A DNA stretch of 64,000 nt. Origin: Mantamonas sphyraenae STR306. Its lineage: Eukaryota > Protista > CRuMs. The DNA lies in the NCBI GenBank assembly GCA_026936335.1, contig JAPMXV010000004.1, positions 1 through 64,000 on the forward strand. Reading direction: 5' to 3'. Position 1 is the stretch's first letter; each line of letters begins with the position of its first letter. The notes below the pieces were generated by a model. The model was not told the DNA's origin and searched no databases. It was given only the letters and a program-made list of their open reading frames with translations. The position numbers were made by a program, and so were the translations under genes. Positions 1 to 10,272 of this stretch are shown piece after piece.

Positions 1-238
1 CCTAACCCTAACCCTAACCCTAACCCTAACCCTAACCCTAACCCTAACCCTAACCCTAACCCTAACCCTAACCCTAACCCTAACCCTAACCCTAACCCTA
101 ACCCTAACCCTAACCCTAACCCTAACCCTAACCCTAACCCTAACCCTAACCCTAACCCTAACCCTAACCCTAATCCTAACTCTAACCCTACCCTAACCCT
201 AACCCTAACCCTAACCCTAACCCTAACCCTAACCCTAA
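1..238. repeat. Telomeric repeat array (CCCTAA)n = TTAGGG on minus strand; chromosome end
   Basis: Perfect CCCTAA tandem repeat from base 1, with a few degenerate units (tcctaa, ctctaa, cccta) at ~170-190 near the inner edge. Confidence 0.99.
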
Positions 239-508
239 ATTTGGTGATGTATTATTGGTGGTATGATGAGTCCGGTCTATGTCAGGTGAGTTGTGATTGT
301 GATTGCTGGCGGGTGGCTGAGTTGGGTGGTGACATGGGGCAATGGGCAGTGGGTGGGAGTGGTAATGTCGCTGGGGAGTGTCCGTCGTCATGCAACGCCG
401 CGCAGTCATCACTGCCCGTCCGCCTTCAACCAAAGTTTCACCAACACCCACAACAGCATCCACCAGTCCAACACAATCCACATACACTTCAGCACCACCG
501 CTACCACC

Positions 509-3500
509 ATGGACAAAGACTACTCAAGCACTCCGAAGCAACAACACACACCCAACACCTACCCAGCGTGCGTTCTGCCTTCCACTCCGTTTTCTGGCTG
601 CCCGCTTCTCCCGCTTCCATGCCTCCTCCATGCCTCCGTCGCTTCTCTGCACTCCTCCCCTGCATCTCCATTTCCCCGTCACCACCGCCGCTGCCTTCTC
701 CGCTCTTCTCCGATCCCCTCTCCCCTGTCACTGCCCTCCCCGTTGCCAGTTTCTCCGTCTGCCAATCTCCTCCGTTTTTCCCTCTTTGCTCGTTCCAGCT
801 TCCCTTCACCCCTGCTCCTGCCGTGACGGCGTCCATTCCGCCTTCCGCTCACCGTTACCACACCGCCCTGCCCCTCCATGTCTCCTCACAGCTACGGGTA
901 CATGGTCCCTCCCATGGCTGCCCAGCCGTTGCCGAACATGCTGCCCGCCTCTGGCGTACAAAACCCGTACCAGCACCCACAACCACCCATCATCTGGGTG
1001 CCTGTCAACACCCATTCCCAGCAGCACCACGCATATGCTCATCAGGGTCACCCATACTACGCCTACCCTCCTCCGCCGCCTCCTCAGCCGCGACAAACCG
1101 CCCAGATGCACTTCGCTCAGCCTCCGTCGTACCCTCCGCCTGCTCAACCCACCACAAACCACAACCGCGTCCCCAAACGCATCAGCCCTGCCTTTGTCGG
1201 CATCACACGGACCACATCCACCACCATATCGTCGTCCTCCTCCCACCAGGCCACACGGCAGACTGGAGACAGCGGCGACGACGACGCAGACCAGGACACA
1301 CACACACATGACACCGGCGACGTGGAGGACCTGATGTTCCTGAACTTTGGCCATCGTGAACCACTGTCAATCTCCAGCAACACAAAGTGGACGACCAGCT
1401 CATGGATGGAGGCGTACGAAGAAGACGGCGAGGCAAATGACGGACCCCAGCAGCACGTGGACGACGAGTTGGACACTCAGGGCGCACTCAGCTTCGCAGA
1501 CACTGGTGATGCCATGGATGAGGAGGACATGCCGCAAGACGACAGCGACGACGACGCAGACGACATGGAACAGGAGGACAGGTACGAATGGCAGCCGAGA
1601 CGCACAAGCAGAGGCCGCAGACGGCGTCGTAGAAACCACACCAGCCGTACTGATCCACAAGCGATGAAAGGCAGCGGACAGAGCAGGCTCAGGGTCACGG
1701 CTGGCAGTGGCACAGAAACAGGGACGTCGAGCACACGGGCAAGGAGGGCCAAGAACGGAGACAACGGCGCACGGAAGAACGCGTGCGATGACAAGACGAA
1801 CAAGTTGCCAGATGGTGTTGTGCGCAAAGCGTGGAGAGTGGGACCCAGTGACGACCGCAGCCACAGCAACAAGAAGGAGCACACGGCACTGCTGAACCAC
1901 ATGCACACCCTGGCCTCCGAGCATCCCATCGACAGTATCCCAGACCTCATGACCCTGCATGCGCGTGTTGTCGTCTGCCATGGCACCATGAGTACGCTCG
2001 TCCGACAGATTCTGCTCGCTCTGGGCAACATTCCCCTCTCCCAGGGCGACATGGCCTTCTGCCTCACCCTTCTCGGCCGCGAGATGGACCAGCGCGCATG
2101 CAGTGCTGCCATCATTAGCGCTGGTCTGGCCATGGGTGTGACAAAGGCTGGCTTGAAGGTATGCTGGCTGGAGGAGCCACACGACCACGGCGACCCCAAC
2201 TACGCCCTCCTTCACCTGCTCATGACGGAGATGGACACCCTTGGCAACAGGCCCCATCCCACCACCTGGAAGGAGCACGAGCAGACCCAGCTGTGGCTGC
2301 AGGAAGCACGACGCCCTGCTGACAACGACAGCGACCCACACTGGACGCAATGCGACTACGACCACCACCTCACCACCGACAAAGTGGAGACTTGGCATCC
2401 TGAGTCAGTGCGCAGTGGCTGGAACAACGGTCCCAGCGACGAGCGTGGCAGCTGCACGGCGCGGGAGTTCCAGACGCTGCTGGCACACATGAAGGCACGC
2501 GCAGCCAAGCACCCTCGCCATCAGCACACACACGAGCACCAGGCACTGCGTGAGCTGATCAACAACGGTAGCAAGCTGTCTCTGGTGCGACACATCATCC
2601 TGGCGCTGAGCAACGTTGGCGTGCCGCCTGTCGACCTGGCCTTCTTTGTCCGGCTCCTCAGGCCACGCCTCACCTACAAGAAGGTGCAAAATGCCATCAG
2701 CAACACCCTCACTCGCGGCGTCACCGCCCTCTCCCTCAAGATCGCCTGGCTCGACAACCCCAAACCCAGCGACGCCACACTGCACACCCTCCTCCACACC
2801 CTCATCGACCGCATCACACCCCACATCACCACCAGACCCACCACGTTCGACGCCGTCAATGCCCTCGACATCCCCGACCTTGTTCTGCCCGAGTCCACAA
2901 AGGAAGAGATGATGGCCGTGGAGGATGGACTGCCAGATGGCGTCGTGCGCAGTGGGTGGACGTACTGGCGCAAGAGCGAGCGCATGCACAGCAACAAGAA
3001 GGAGCACACGTCACTGCTGAACCACATTCACACTGTGGCCAACGAGCATCCCATCGACGACATCCCTGACCTCATGACACTGCAGGCGCGTGTCGTGGTC
3101 TGCCATGGCACCCTGTTGACGCTGGTCCGACAGATTCAGCTCGCTGTGGGCAACATTCCCCTCTCACAGGGCGACGTGGCCCTCTGCCTCACCCTTCTCG
3201 GCCGCGAGATGGATCAAAAGGCGTGCAGCCTTGCCATCCTCCACGCTGGTTTGGCCGTGGGTGTGACAAAGGCTGGGTTGAAGGTGTGCTGGCTGGAGGA
3301 GCCACACGACCACGGCGACCCCAACTACGCCCTCCTCCACCTGCTCATGACAGAGATGGACACCCTTGGCAACAGGCCCCATCCCACCACCTGGAAGGAG
3401 CACAAGCAGACCCAGCTGTGGCTGCAGAAAGCACGACGCCCTGCCGACAACGACAGCGACCCACACTGGACTCAATGCGACTACGACCACCACCTCCCCA

Positions 3501-4081
3501 CCACCACCACGGTGAATCAGTGGCATCCTGAGTCTGTGTGCAGTGGCTGGAGCAAAGCCTCTCCCAGCGACGAGCGTGGCAGCTGCACGGCGCGGGAGTT
3601 TCAGTCGCTGCTGGCACACATGGAGGCACGCGCAGCCAAGCACCTTCGCCATCAGCACACACACGAGCTCCATGCACTGCGTGAGCTGATTAACAACGGC
3701 AGCCTGAAGTCCCTGGTGCGACACATCATCCTGGCGCTGGGCAACGTTGGCGTGCCGCCTGTCGACCTGGCCTTCTTTGTGCGCCTCCTCAGACCACAAC
3801 TCACTTTCCAGCAGGTACAACCTGCGATCAGCAACACCCTTAACCGCGGCGTTACCTCCCTCTCCCTCAAGATCGCCTGGCTCGACAAACCCAAACCCAG
3901 CGACGCCACACTGCACACCCTCCTCCACACCCTCATCGACCGCATCACACCCCACATCACCACCCGCCCCACCACCACCGCGCTCGTCAACGCCTACCCC
4001 ATCCCCTCCTTCACCCTGCCCAAGCGCAAAGCCCCTTCCTCCTCCTCCTCCTCCTCCTCCAAACGCCAACGCCTCGAATGA
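509..4081 (+). CDS. Telomere-adjacent hypothetical nuclear protein (~1082 aa) with an A-B-A-B internal repeat of an unknown ~185-aa domain; model join(509..567,892..4081)
   Basis: Long ORF 878-4081. Upstream accaccATG at 509, donor gc|GTGCGT at 568, branch-like gctcac at ~847 and acceptor cag at 889-891 give a phase-compatible intron. P/Q/H-rich N-terminus, acidic tract, Arg run, C-terminal KRKAP...KRQRLE bipartite-NLS-like motif. Confidence 0.8.
1805..4020 (+). repeat. Internal tandem duplication, period ~1125 bp (375 aa)
   Basis: LPDGVVR starts at 1805 and again at 2930; long near-identical blocks such as GVTKAGLKVCWLEEPHDHGDPNYALLHLLMTEMDTLGNRPHPTTWKEH occur in both copies. Confidence 0.97.
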
Positions 4082-4110
4082 ACCAACCTTCATTCCCACA
4101 CCCTTTCCAA

Positions 4111-5712
4111 TCACCCTCCCCTCCCCACCCACCCAACCACCCTCTCCATCACCTCATCTGGCAGTGTCACCCACCCTTCCCACCCTCTCTCCTCCACATA
4201 CTCCTCCATCCCTCCACACCCAAACATCACCTCCCTCTCCTTCCCATTCATCACCAACGCCACCTCTATCACCTCATCCACCTGTGCTCCCCACGCAATC
4301 CAATGCCACGCCTTCCTCCACCCTGCCTTCCTCACCATCGCCTCCGTGTCCATCCTCGGCCTCGCGCCCCATGCCCGCAACACCTCAATCACCCTCTCAT
4401 CCCCCTCCCTCACACCCCTCTCCAGCGCAGTCTCCATCCCTCCTTCCCCTGCAAATGTGTCCACTGGCACTCCCCATTCCTTCAACTCTCTCATTTTCTC
4501 CACATCTCCACACTCCACAAACTCTTCATGCTGATTCCTGTTTCTCTCCAACAGTGACTGCAACGCGTCATACCTGACGCCGTGGATGTTCCAGCACGAA
4601 CGATTGCCATTCATCGCCTGCCCCAGTGCTGCTGCGCCTTCTGCCCCGATACTGTTGCTGTTGAGGTTCAGTTTCTGCAAGCTGCTGTTCTCATTCAGTG
4701 CCTGCGCCAATGCTTCTGCTCCATCGTCCCCGATGCTGTTGTGGCTGAGGTACAGAGTCTGCAGGATGCTGTTCCCATTCAGTCCTTGCCCCAGTGCTGC
4801 TGCACCTGCGTCCCCGATGCTGTTGAAGCCAAGGTAAAGTGTCTGCAAGCTGTTGTTCTCATTCAGTGCCTGTCCCAGTGCTGCTGCTCCTTCGTCCTCG
4901 ATGCTGTTGTTTCCGAGGTTCAGACTCTGAAGGCTGCTGTTCTCATTCAGTGCCTGCGCCAATGCTTCTGCTCCATCGTCCCCGATGCTGTTGTGGCTGA
5001 GGTTCAGTGCCTGCAACCTGATGTTCCCATTCAGTCCTTGCCCCAGTGCTGCTGCTCCTTCGTCCTCGATGCTGTTGTTTCCGAGGTTCAGTGTCTGCAA
5101 GCTGCTGTTCTCCCTCAGTAACTGTCCCAGTGCTGCTGCTCCTTCGTCCCCGATCCTGTTGCTACCAAGGTACAGTGTCTGCAAGCTGCTGTTCTGAGCT
5201 AGCGCCTCCCCCAGTGCTGCTGCTCCTTCGTCCCCGATCCTGTTGCTGCCAAGGTACAGTGTCCGCAAGCTGCTGTTCCCACTCAGCGCCTGCGCCAGTG
5301 CTGTTGCTCCTTCTGCCTCAATGCTGTTGTACTCCAGGTCCAGTGTGTGCAAGCTGCTGTTCCCTCCCACTGCCTGTGCCAGCGCTGTTGCTCCTTCTGC
5401 GAGGATGCTGTTGAAACTGAGGTTCAGTGTGTGCAAGTTGCTGTTCCCACTCAGCGCCTGCGCCAGTGCTGTTGCTCCTTCTGCCTCAATGCTGTTGTAC
5501 TCGAGGTCCAGTGTGTGCAAGGTGTTGTTCCCTCTCAGTGCCCGTGCCAGTGCTGTTGCTCCTTCTGCCTCAATGCTGTTGTACTCGAGGTTCAGTGTGT
5601 GCAAGGTGCTGTTCGTCCCCAGTGCCAGCGCAAGTGCTGTTGCCTCGTTGTCTCGTAGATCCTCACCAACAATACACAGCTCCTGTGCTTCGCGTATCAG
5701 CATACCCTCCAT
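4111..5712 (-). CDS. RI-type leucine-rich repeat protein (12 x 28 aa) + degenerate ankyrin repeats + C-terminal F-box-like motif
   Basis: Repeats LxxLxLxxNxIxxxGAxALxxALxxNSS; ankyrin-like TALERGVREGDERVIEVLRAWGAR; terminal LPDEVMERVVGWV. Confidence 0.92.
   Translation of the reverse strand: MEGMLIREAQELCIVGEDLRDNEATALALALGTNSTLHTLNLEYNSIEAEGATALARALRGNNTLHTLDLEYNSIEAEGATALAQALSGNSNLHTLNLSFNSILAEGATALAQAVGGNSSLHTLDLEYNSIEAEGATALAQALSGNSSLRTLYLGSNRIGDEGAAALGEALAQNSSLQTLYLGSNRIGDEGAAALGQLLRENSSLQTLNLGNNSIEDEGAAALGQGLNGNIRLQALNLSHNSIGDDGAEALAQALNENSSLQSLNLGNNSIEDEGAAALGQALNENNSLQTLYLGFNSIGDAGAAALGQGLNGNSILQTLYLSHNSIGDDGAEALAQALNENSSLQKLNLNSNSIGAEGAAALGQAMNGNRSCWNIHGVRYDALQSLLERNRNQHEEFVECGDVEKMRELKEWGVPVDTFAGEGGMETALERGVREGDERVIEVLRAWGARPRMDTEAMVRKAGWRKAWHWIAWGAQVDEVIEVALVMNGKEREVMFGCGGMEEYVEERGWEGWVTLPDEVMERVVGWVGRGG
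4597..5604 (-). repeat. 84-bp tandem repeat array encoding 12 LRRs
   Basis: Recurrent cagtgctg(c/t)tgctccttc and gcaagctgctgttc at 84-bp spacing. Confidence 0.95.
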
Positions 5713-6262
5713 TGTTGTTCTTCATCCTCTTCTTGAGTTGCAAAACGCCACTCCGCATCGCAGTCCCAACCCACCTCTCCCTTTGCCTCCAGTGCACTGC
5801 ACACATGTGCATGGTCCCCGCTTTGCAGCAACGCCACCCAATCATCCACATCTACCAAGCTCATTTCGTCTGCTCTGCTGTTGTGAGCGCGTGCGCACCA
5901 TCTTTGCTCCTCCCTCTCCTTGCCCCCCCTCCCCTCTCCCCTTCCCTCCCAGCCCCTCCTCCCGTGTGTCACTGACCGATGCGCCGTCCTTGCGCATCGC
6001 AAAGTCAGACACTGGACTGCCCGCCCAGCGGTGGCCTGCTGTGGTGCGTCGGGGAGCAGCTTCGCCTCGGCGCCAATCATCCCGCCAGGCAAAAAGCTGG
6101 TTGAACACCAAACACCATTGCCAAAAACAACACACCGACACCCACTCTGTCAACACACATCAACCCACCTTGTCGGTCCATCTTTGTGTTTGTCCCGCCA
6201 GCGACTCGACCGCCGACCGCTACACACACACACTCATTTCCCAATGCCGATTTTCATTCCCG

Positions 6263-7864
6263 TCACCACACAAAGTTCGCAGACGGGTACGGCAGAATCC
6301 CCGCAGCCTTCATGGCCAGCGACGTCGCGATGCCCCCACCAAAAATCCCGGCTGCAGCGAGCATTCCCTTCAGCTGCAGCTGCGACGTCCCGCTCAGGCC
6401 GTTCCCGCTCGTGCACCCTCCTGCCAGACGCGCCCCAAACAGAAACAGGAACCCGCCCATGAAATAGGCAATCACGCTGCCAGCATCATACTTCATCGGC
6501 TCCAGCACCGCGTCGGTCATCGACGAGCTCATCCACGACGCCAGCGCTGCCCCGAGCGCCATCCCGCCTTGCTGCATCGCCTTGGGGCTGTACATGAGGC
6601 GCTTGTAGTACGGAATCGAGTGCACGTCCACCTTGGGTGCCAGCTTGTGCACCGTGTGTCCGCTCACTGCCACGTACACCGAGCTTGCGCCCAGCAGACC
6701 CCCGCTCAGCATGATCGTCGGCAGCTGCAGCAGACCCACAAAGATGCCTCCCATGATACCCGAGTACGCAAACTTGTTCATCGTGAACCAGTTGGCCCCG
6801 GTCACGTACTCCTTCACGCTGTCCGCGTTCTCCACATAGTCCACCAGCATGCCGATCTCTGCCCCGCTTGGCGACACAACCTCCGACACTGCTGCCAGTC
6901 CGCCCAGCGCCAAAGCCATCACCACGCCCACCTTCCACATCGACCGTTCATCCTTGACTCCCAGCATCCCGTCCATTGTCAACGGACCCAAGTTCCACGC
7001 GTTGTAGAAGCCAGACGCGTGGATGCGGTCGCTCAGCAGCGAGTACACCGTCACTCCTGCGTAGGCACCTGCAATGATGATCCAAGCGTAGTGCTGTCCG
7101 GCGCCCACCTGCACTGCCATCGTGCCAGGGCACGACCCGCTGATGGCCATGCCAGCGCCAAGCATCAGCGATCCCACTGCCACAGGCACCACGTGGAATT
7201 TCTGTGTATGTGTATGTGTGTGTGTGTGTGTGTGTGTGTTGTCCATCGTGTGTCAGCATCTCTTCCAATCATCTCCACAACCCCCGACATCGACAGCATC
7301 AACGTGGTGCACCCCTGTTTGCTTCAGCAAAGCACAGTATCTCCACACACAACAGCCGATCTCACCGTCCCTGTCCCTGTCCCGTCACCCTCCTCACGCA
7401 TCCTGAGCATCGCGAGCACTCCGGACTGATGTCCGGACAACAATCCGCCCGTTCGCTCTTTCCGCTCCTTCCGTCCTCTCCCCACACCACCACGCTCCCA
7501 CGTGACAACCTACACCTGGGTCGCGCTTGTACTTGCCCATAGCCAGCAGCAGAGCCACACACAGCATGCCCACTGCCGACCCCACCGCGAAAAACTTGAA
7601 CATAGTAAATCCTTCCAGCATAAACGTCATCCGGATGACCCCAGGCAAGTTCACCTTGCTCTTCTCCATCACCAGTCCAAAGAAGATGCCCACCAGCATG
7701 CCGATCGCTCCTCGGTATGCCCAGCTTTGCTGCACCTCGGCCATGCTCGGCTTTTCCTTCTCCCCACCCGCCTGTACTGTGGCTGTGTTCCGTTCCACCT
7801 TGCGCTGTGTTGCTGTATTTGCCATGTCACTCTCTTCTGCCAGCAAGTGTTGCTTTTCGTCCAT
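6263..7864 (-). CDS. YeeE/YedE (TsuA-like) sulfur/thiosulfate transporter, two Sulf_transp halves, one intron (~7202-7513)
   Basis: Motifs GMAISGSCPG and FLFGARLAGGCTSGNGLSG; multiple TM helices; ORFs 7394-7864 and 6263-7246 join in phase via a GTAGGT...gctgac...(AC)n CAG intron. Confidence 0.88.
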
Positions 7865-8390
7865 CTATGCGTTGGTTACCCCGACGCACGCGAACCTCCT
7901 TCCACTTTTCTCCATTTCGCCCAAACGTCCGGAGACACCTCCCGCCCATCTCCCTCCTCTCCCATCCCATCTCCCTCCTCTCCTCCCCCCACCCTCCCCC
8001 AAACCACACCCTCTCTGCGTAACCCTCGTTTCCTCCAGCCCTTGCCCGCCCCGTGCCCTGGACAGCACCTTGCCTCGTGATCTTCGAATCATCTTCGAAG
8101 CACCGCCTCCGCATGCAACCCCATCCATCCGGTTGCCCTCCAACTCCTGCGACGCAGACATGAACGTTTCAACCGCCATCGCATCAACCACTGCGCTCTT
8201 GTGGTTGCACACCGTCACCGTCCATCCAAACACCACCCGCTGCATCCCCTTCCCGCCCGTCGCCAACCACCTCTGTCTCGTTCACCATCTCCACCCACCA
8301 CCCACGCCATCCCCCCCCTCCCCCCCCCCCCCCCCCCATTCCCCAATTCCCCCGTACCTCCATCGCCGCGCTGGCGCACCCAACGCCACC

Positions 8391-9280
8391 ATGTCCTCCT
8401 CCTCCTCCTCCTCCTCCCCCACCCCTCCCTCAACCCCTCCACCACAACCACCACCAATCCCTCCACCCGCTCCACCCGCCTCGACGAATACGACTACCAG
8501 CCCGAAGACTTTTACGACTCGGACGACGACGACCTCCATTTCCACACAGACCGAAACGCCGACGACCTCGACGACGACATCGACGACCAAGCGACCCTCT
8601 ACCAACTCCAACAAGACCTCGAATGGCAAGAAACCGTCCAGCACGAAGAAGCCATGGATCCGCAGGCCCAGGCGGACCAGGAAGACGAACTCGAGCAGCA
8701 AAAGCAACGCTGGCAAATCCTCTCCCAGCTCTACCACGACTCTTCCTCAGACGACGAAGCAGACGACACCCCAACACCCTCCTCCTCCTCCTCCTCCTCC
8801 ATCCCGGCCACGGCCAGCTCACCTTCCACTTCCGTCCCGTTTCTCTCCAACGACGAGCTCCTCTACGATCCGCAACGTGACGACCACGACGACGCATGGG
8901 TGCAGCGCAAGCTCGGCAACCATGACTCCAACGGCGTCGCCCAGTGCCCCGCCTGCTTTGCCGAACTCTCCTTCCTTGTCCAGCGCCACCAGACCTACCC
9001 GACCCAGGTCCGCGCATACAAGGTCACGCCCAACTGCCACATTCTCACAGACAGGATATACATTGTGCGATCCGACAAGCCCACCACTCCCACCTCCGGC
9101 CCTGCCCTCACCATCAACAACGCCTCCGTCCCCGAACAGCTCTACCGCGACGCCTCCCTTGGCCCCACCGACGAGGCCTACCACCCGGTCGACTGTGCAG
9201 AGTGTGACACGCGCGTCGGCATCCTCAGTCTTGATGACGGCGCCTACCGCTTCTTCAACGTCCTCGTTTCGGACGAATGA
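8391..9280 (+). CDS. EAPP: E2F-associated phosphoprotein (EAPP); apparent one-base frameshift in the C run at ~8416-8420
   Basis: LLYDPQRDDHDDAWV, QCPACF...QRH, YHPVDCAEC...YRFFNVLVS match Eapp_C; the ATG at 8391 is out of frame by one base. Confidence 0.88.
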
Positions 9281-9292
9281 ACAGCTTTCCAG

Positions 9293-10228
9293 TCACTCCA
9301 GCCACCTCAGCACTCCTCTCACAATCTCTGCTTCCCCCAGCCCCATCAACACCAGCATTTCCGCACGTTCCCGCCGCCGCCACACCCTCACCACTTCTGC
9401 ATGCCCCGCCTCCTCTGCCAGCTCCAACGCAGCCGGGTCCATCCTCGCCCCGTGCTCCAGCAGCACTTCCATTGCCTCCACCTGGCCCTCCTTGCACGCC
9501 CCCTTTAACGCCGTCATTTGGTCACACCGCGGCCCGTAGAAACGCGTTCCGTCCACACTCGGCCCCAGCGTCAGCAGCGAACGCAGCCCGTCCACGTTCC
9601 CTTCCTCCGCCGCCGCCACAAACACATCCAGACACGCCCTGTTCCGCTCCACTGCGCTCTGCACCCTGCGCCGTGCCGCACGGCTCATCCCCTTGTTCCC
9701 ATCCAACCCCAGCAGCAGAAGCGCCCGGTTCTTCTCAAACGCTCCAAACAGCGCCTCCGCTCCCACGTCCGTCAGCCCGTTGCCAAACAAATACAGCTGC
9801 TGCAACGTGCGGTTCTCTTCCAGAGCACGTGCAATCCTCTTGGCTCCCTCGTCCCCCACCTTGTTGTCACTCGCCCGCAGCACTTTCAGCGTCGAACAGC
9901 CGAGAAGCGCTGCCACCCCGGCTCCTCCCAACCGGTTCCGGTCCACAAACACCTGCTCCACGCTCGTCTCTCCTCGCATGCTCTCTGCCAGTGTCCGTGC
10001 CCCCTCCTTCGTAAGCTTGTTTCCGTCCACACTCACCACCTTGACGTCTCGCCGCCCGCTCACAAACGCCCCGACAAACGTCGCCGCCAAATCGGACAGG
10101 CCCGTCCGCAGCAGATACAGCCTCTCCACGCGCTGTCCACTCGCCTCCACCTCGTCCAGCACCACCTGCACTCCCTCGTCCCCCAGCACCTCCCCACTCA
10201 AGTCTACCTCGCACTCAAGGCTCGACAT
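9293..10228 (-). CDS. LRR + ankyrin protein, paralog of 4111-5712
   Basis: RI-type LRRs (LQQLYLFGNGLTDVGAEAL), ankyrin TALKGACKEGQVEAMEVLLEHGAR, shared ERNR linker; ATG at 10228 (MSSLECE). Confidence 0.88.
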   Translation of the reverse strand: MSSLECEVDLSGEVLGDEGVQVVLDEVEASGQRVERLYLLRTGLSDLAATFVGAFVSGRRDVKVVSVDGNKLTKEGARTLAESMRGETSVEQVFVDRNRLGGAGVAALLGCSTLKVLRASDNKVGDEGAKRIARALEENRTLQQLYLFGNGLTDVGAEALFGAFEKNRALLLLGLDGNKGMSRAARRRVQSAVERNRACLDVFVAAAEEGNVDGLRSLLTLGPSVDGTRFYGPRCDQMTALKGACKEGQVEAMEVLLEHGARMDPAALELAEEAGHAEVVRVWRRRERAEMLVLMGLGEAEIVRGVLRWLE

Positions 10229-10272
10229 CTCTTTGCCTCCACCGGCGCCTCCAGCGAATCTCAAAAAACACC

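Noticed and set aside
188-487. 99-aa ORF ending in LG repeats as a real protein
   Set aside because: The tail is translated telomere; no coding evidence beyond low complexity.
509-4081. Telomeric retrotransposon or subtelomeric helicase
   Set aside because: No RT (YADD), endonuclease, gag knuckle or Walker motifs seen; no poly(A) tail or terminal repeats.
4597-5604. Regular repeats as a CRISPR-like array
   Set aside because: Contiguous in-frame 84-bp coding units without unique spacers, in a eukaryotic context.
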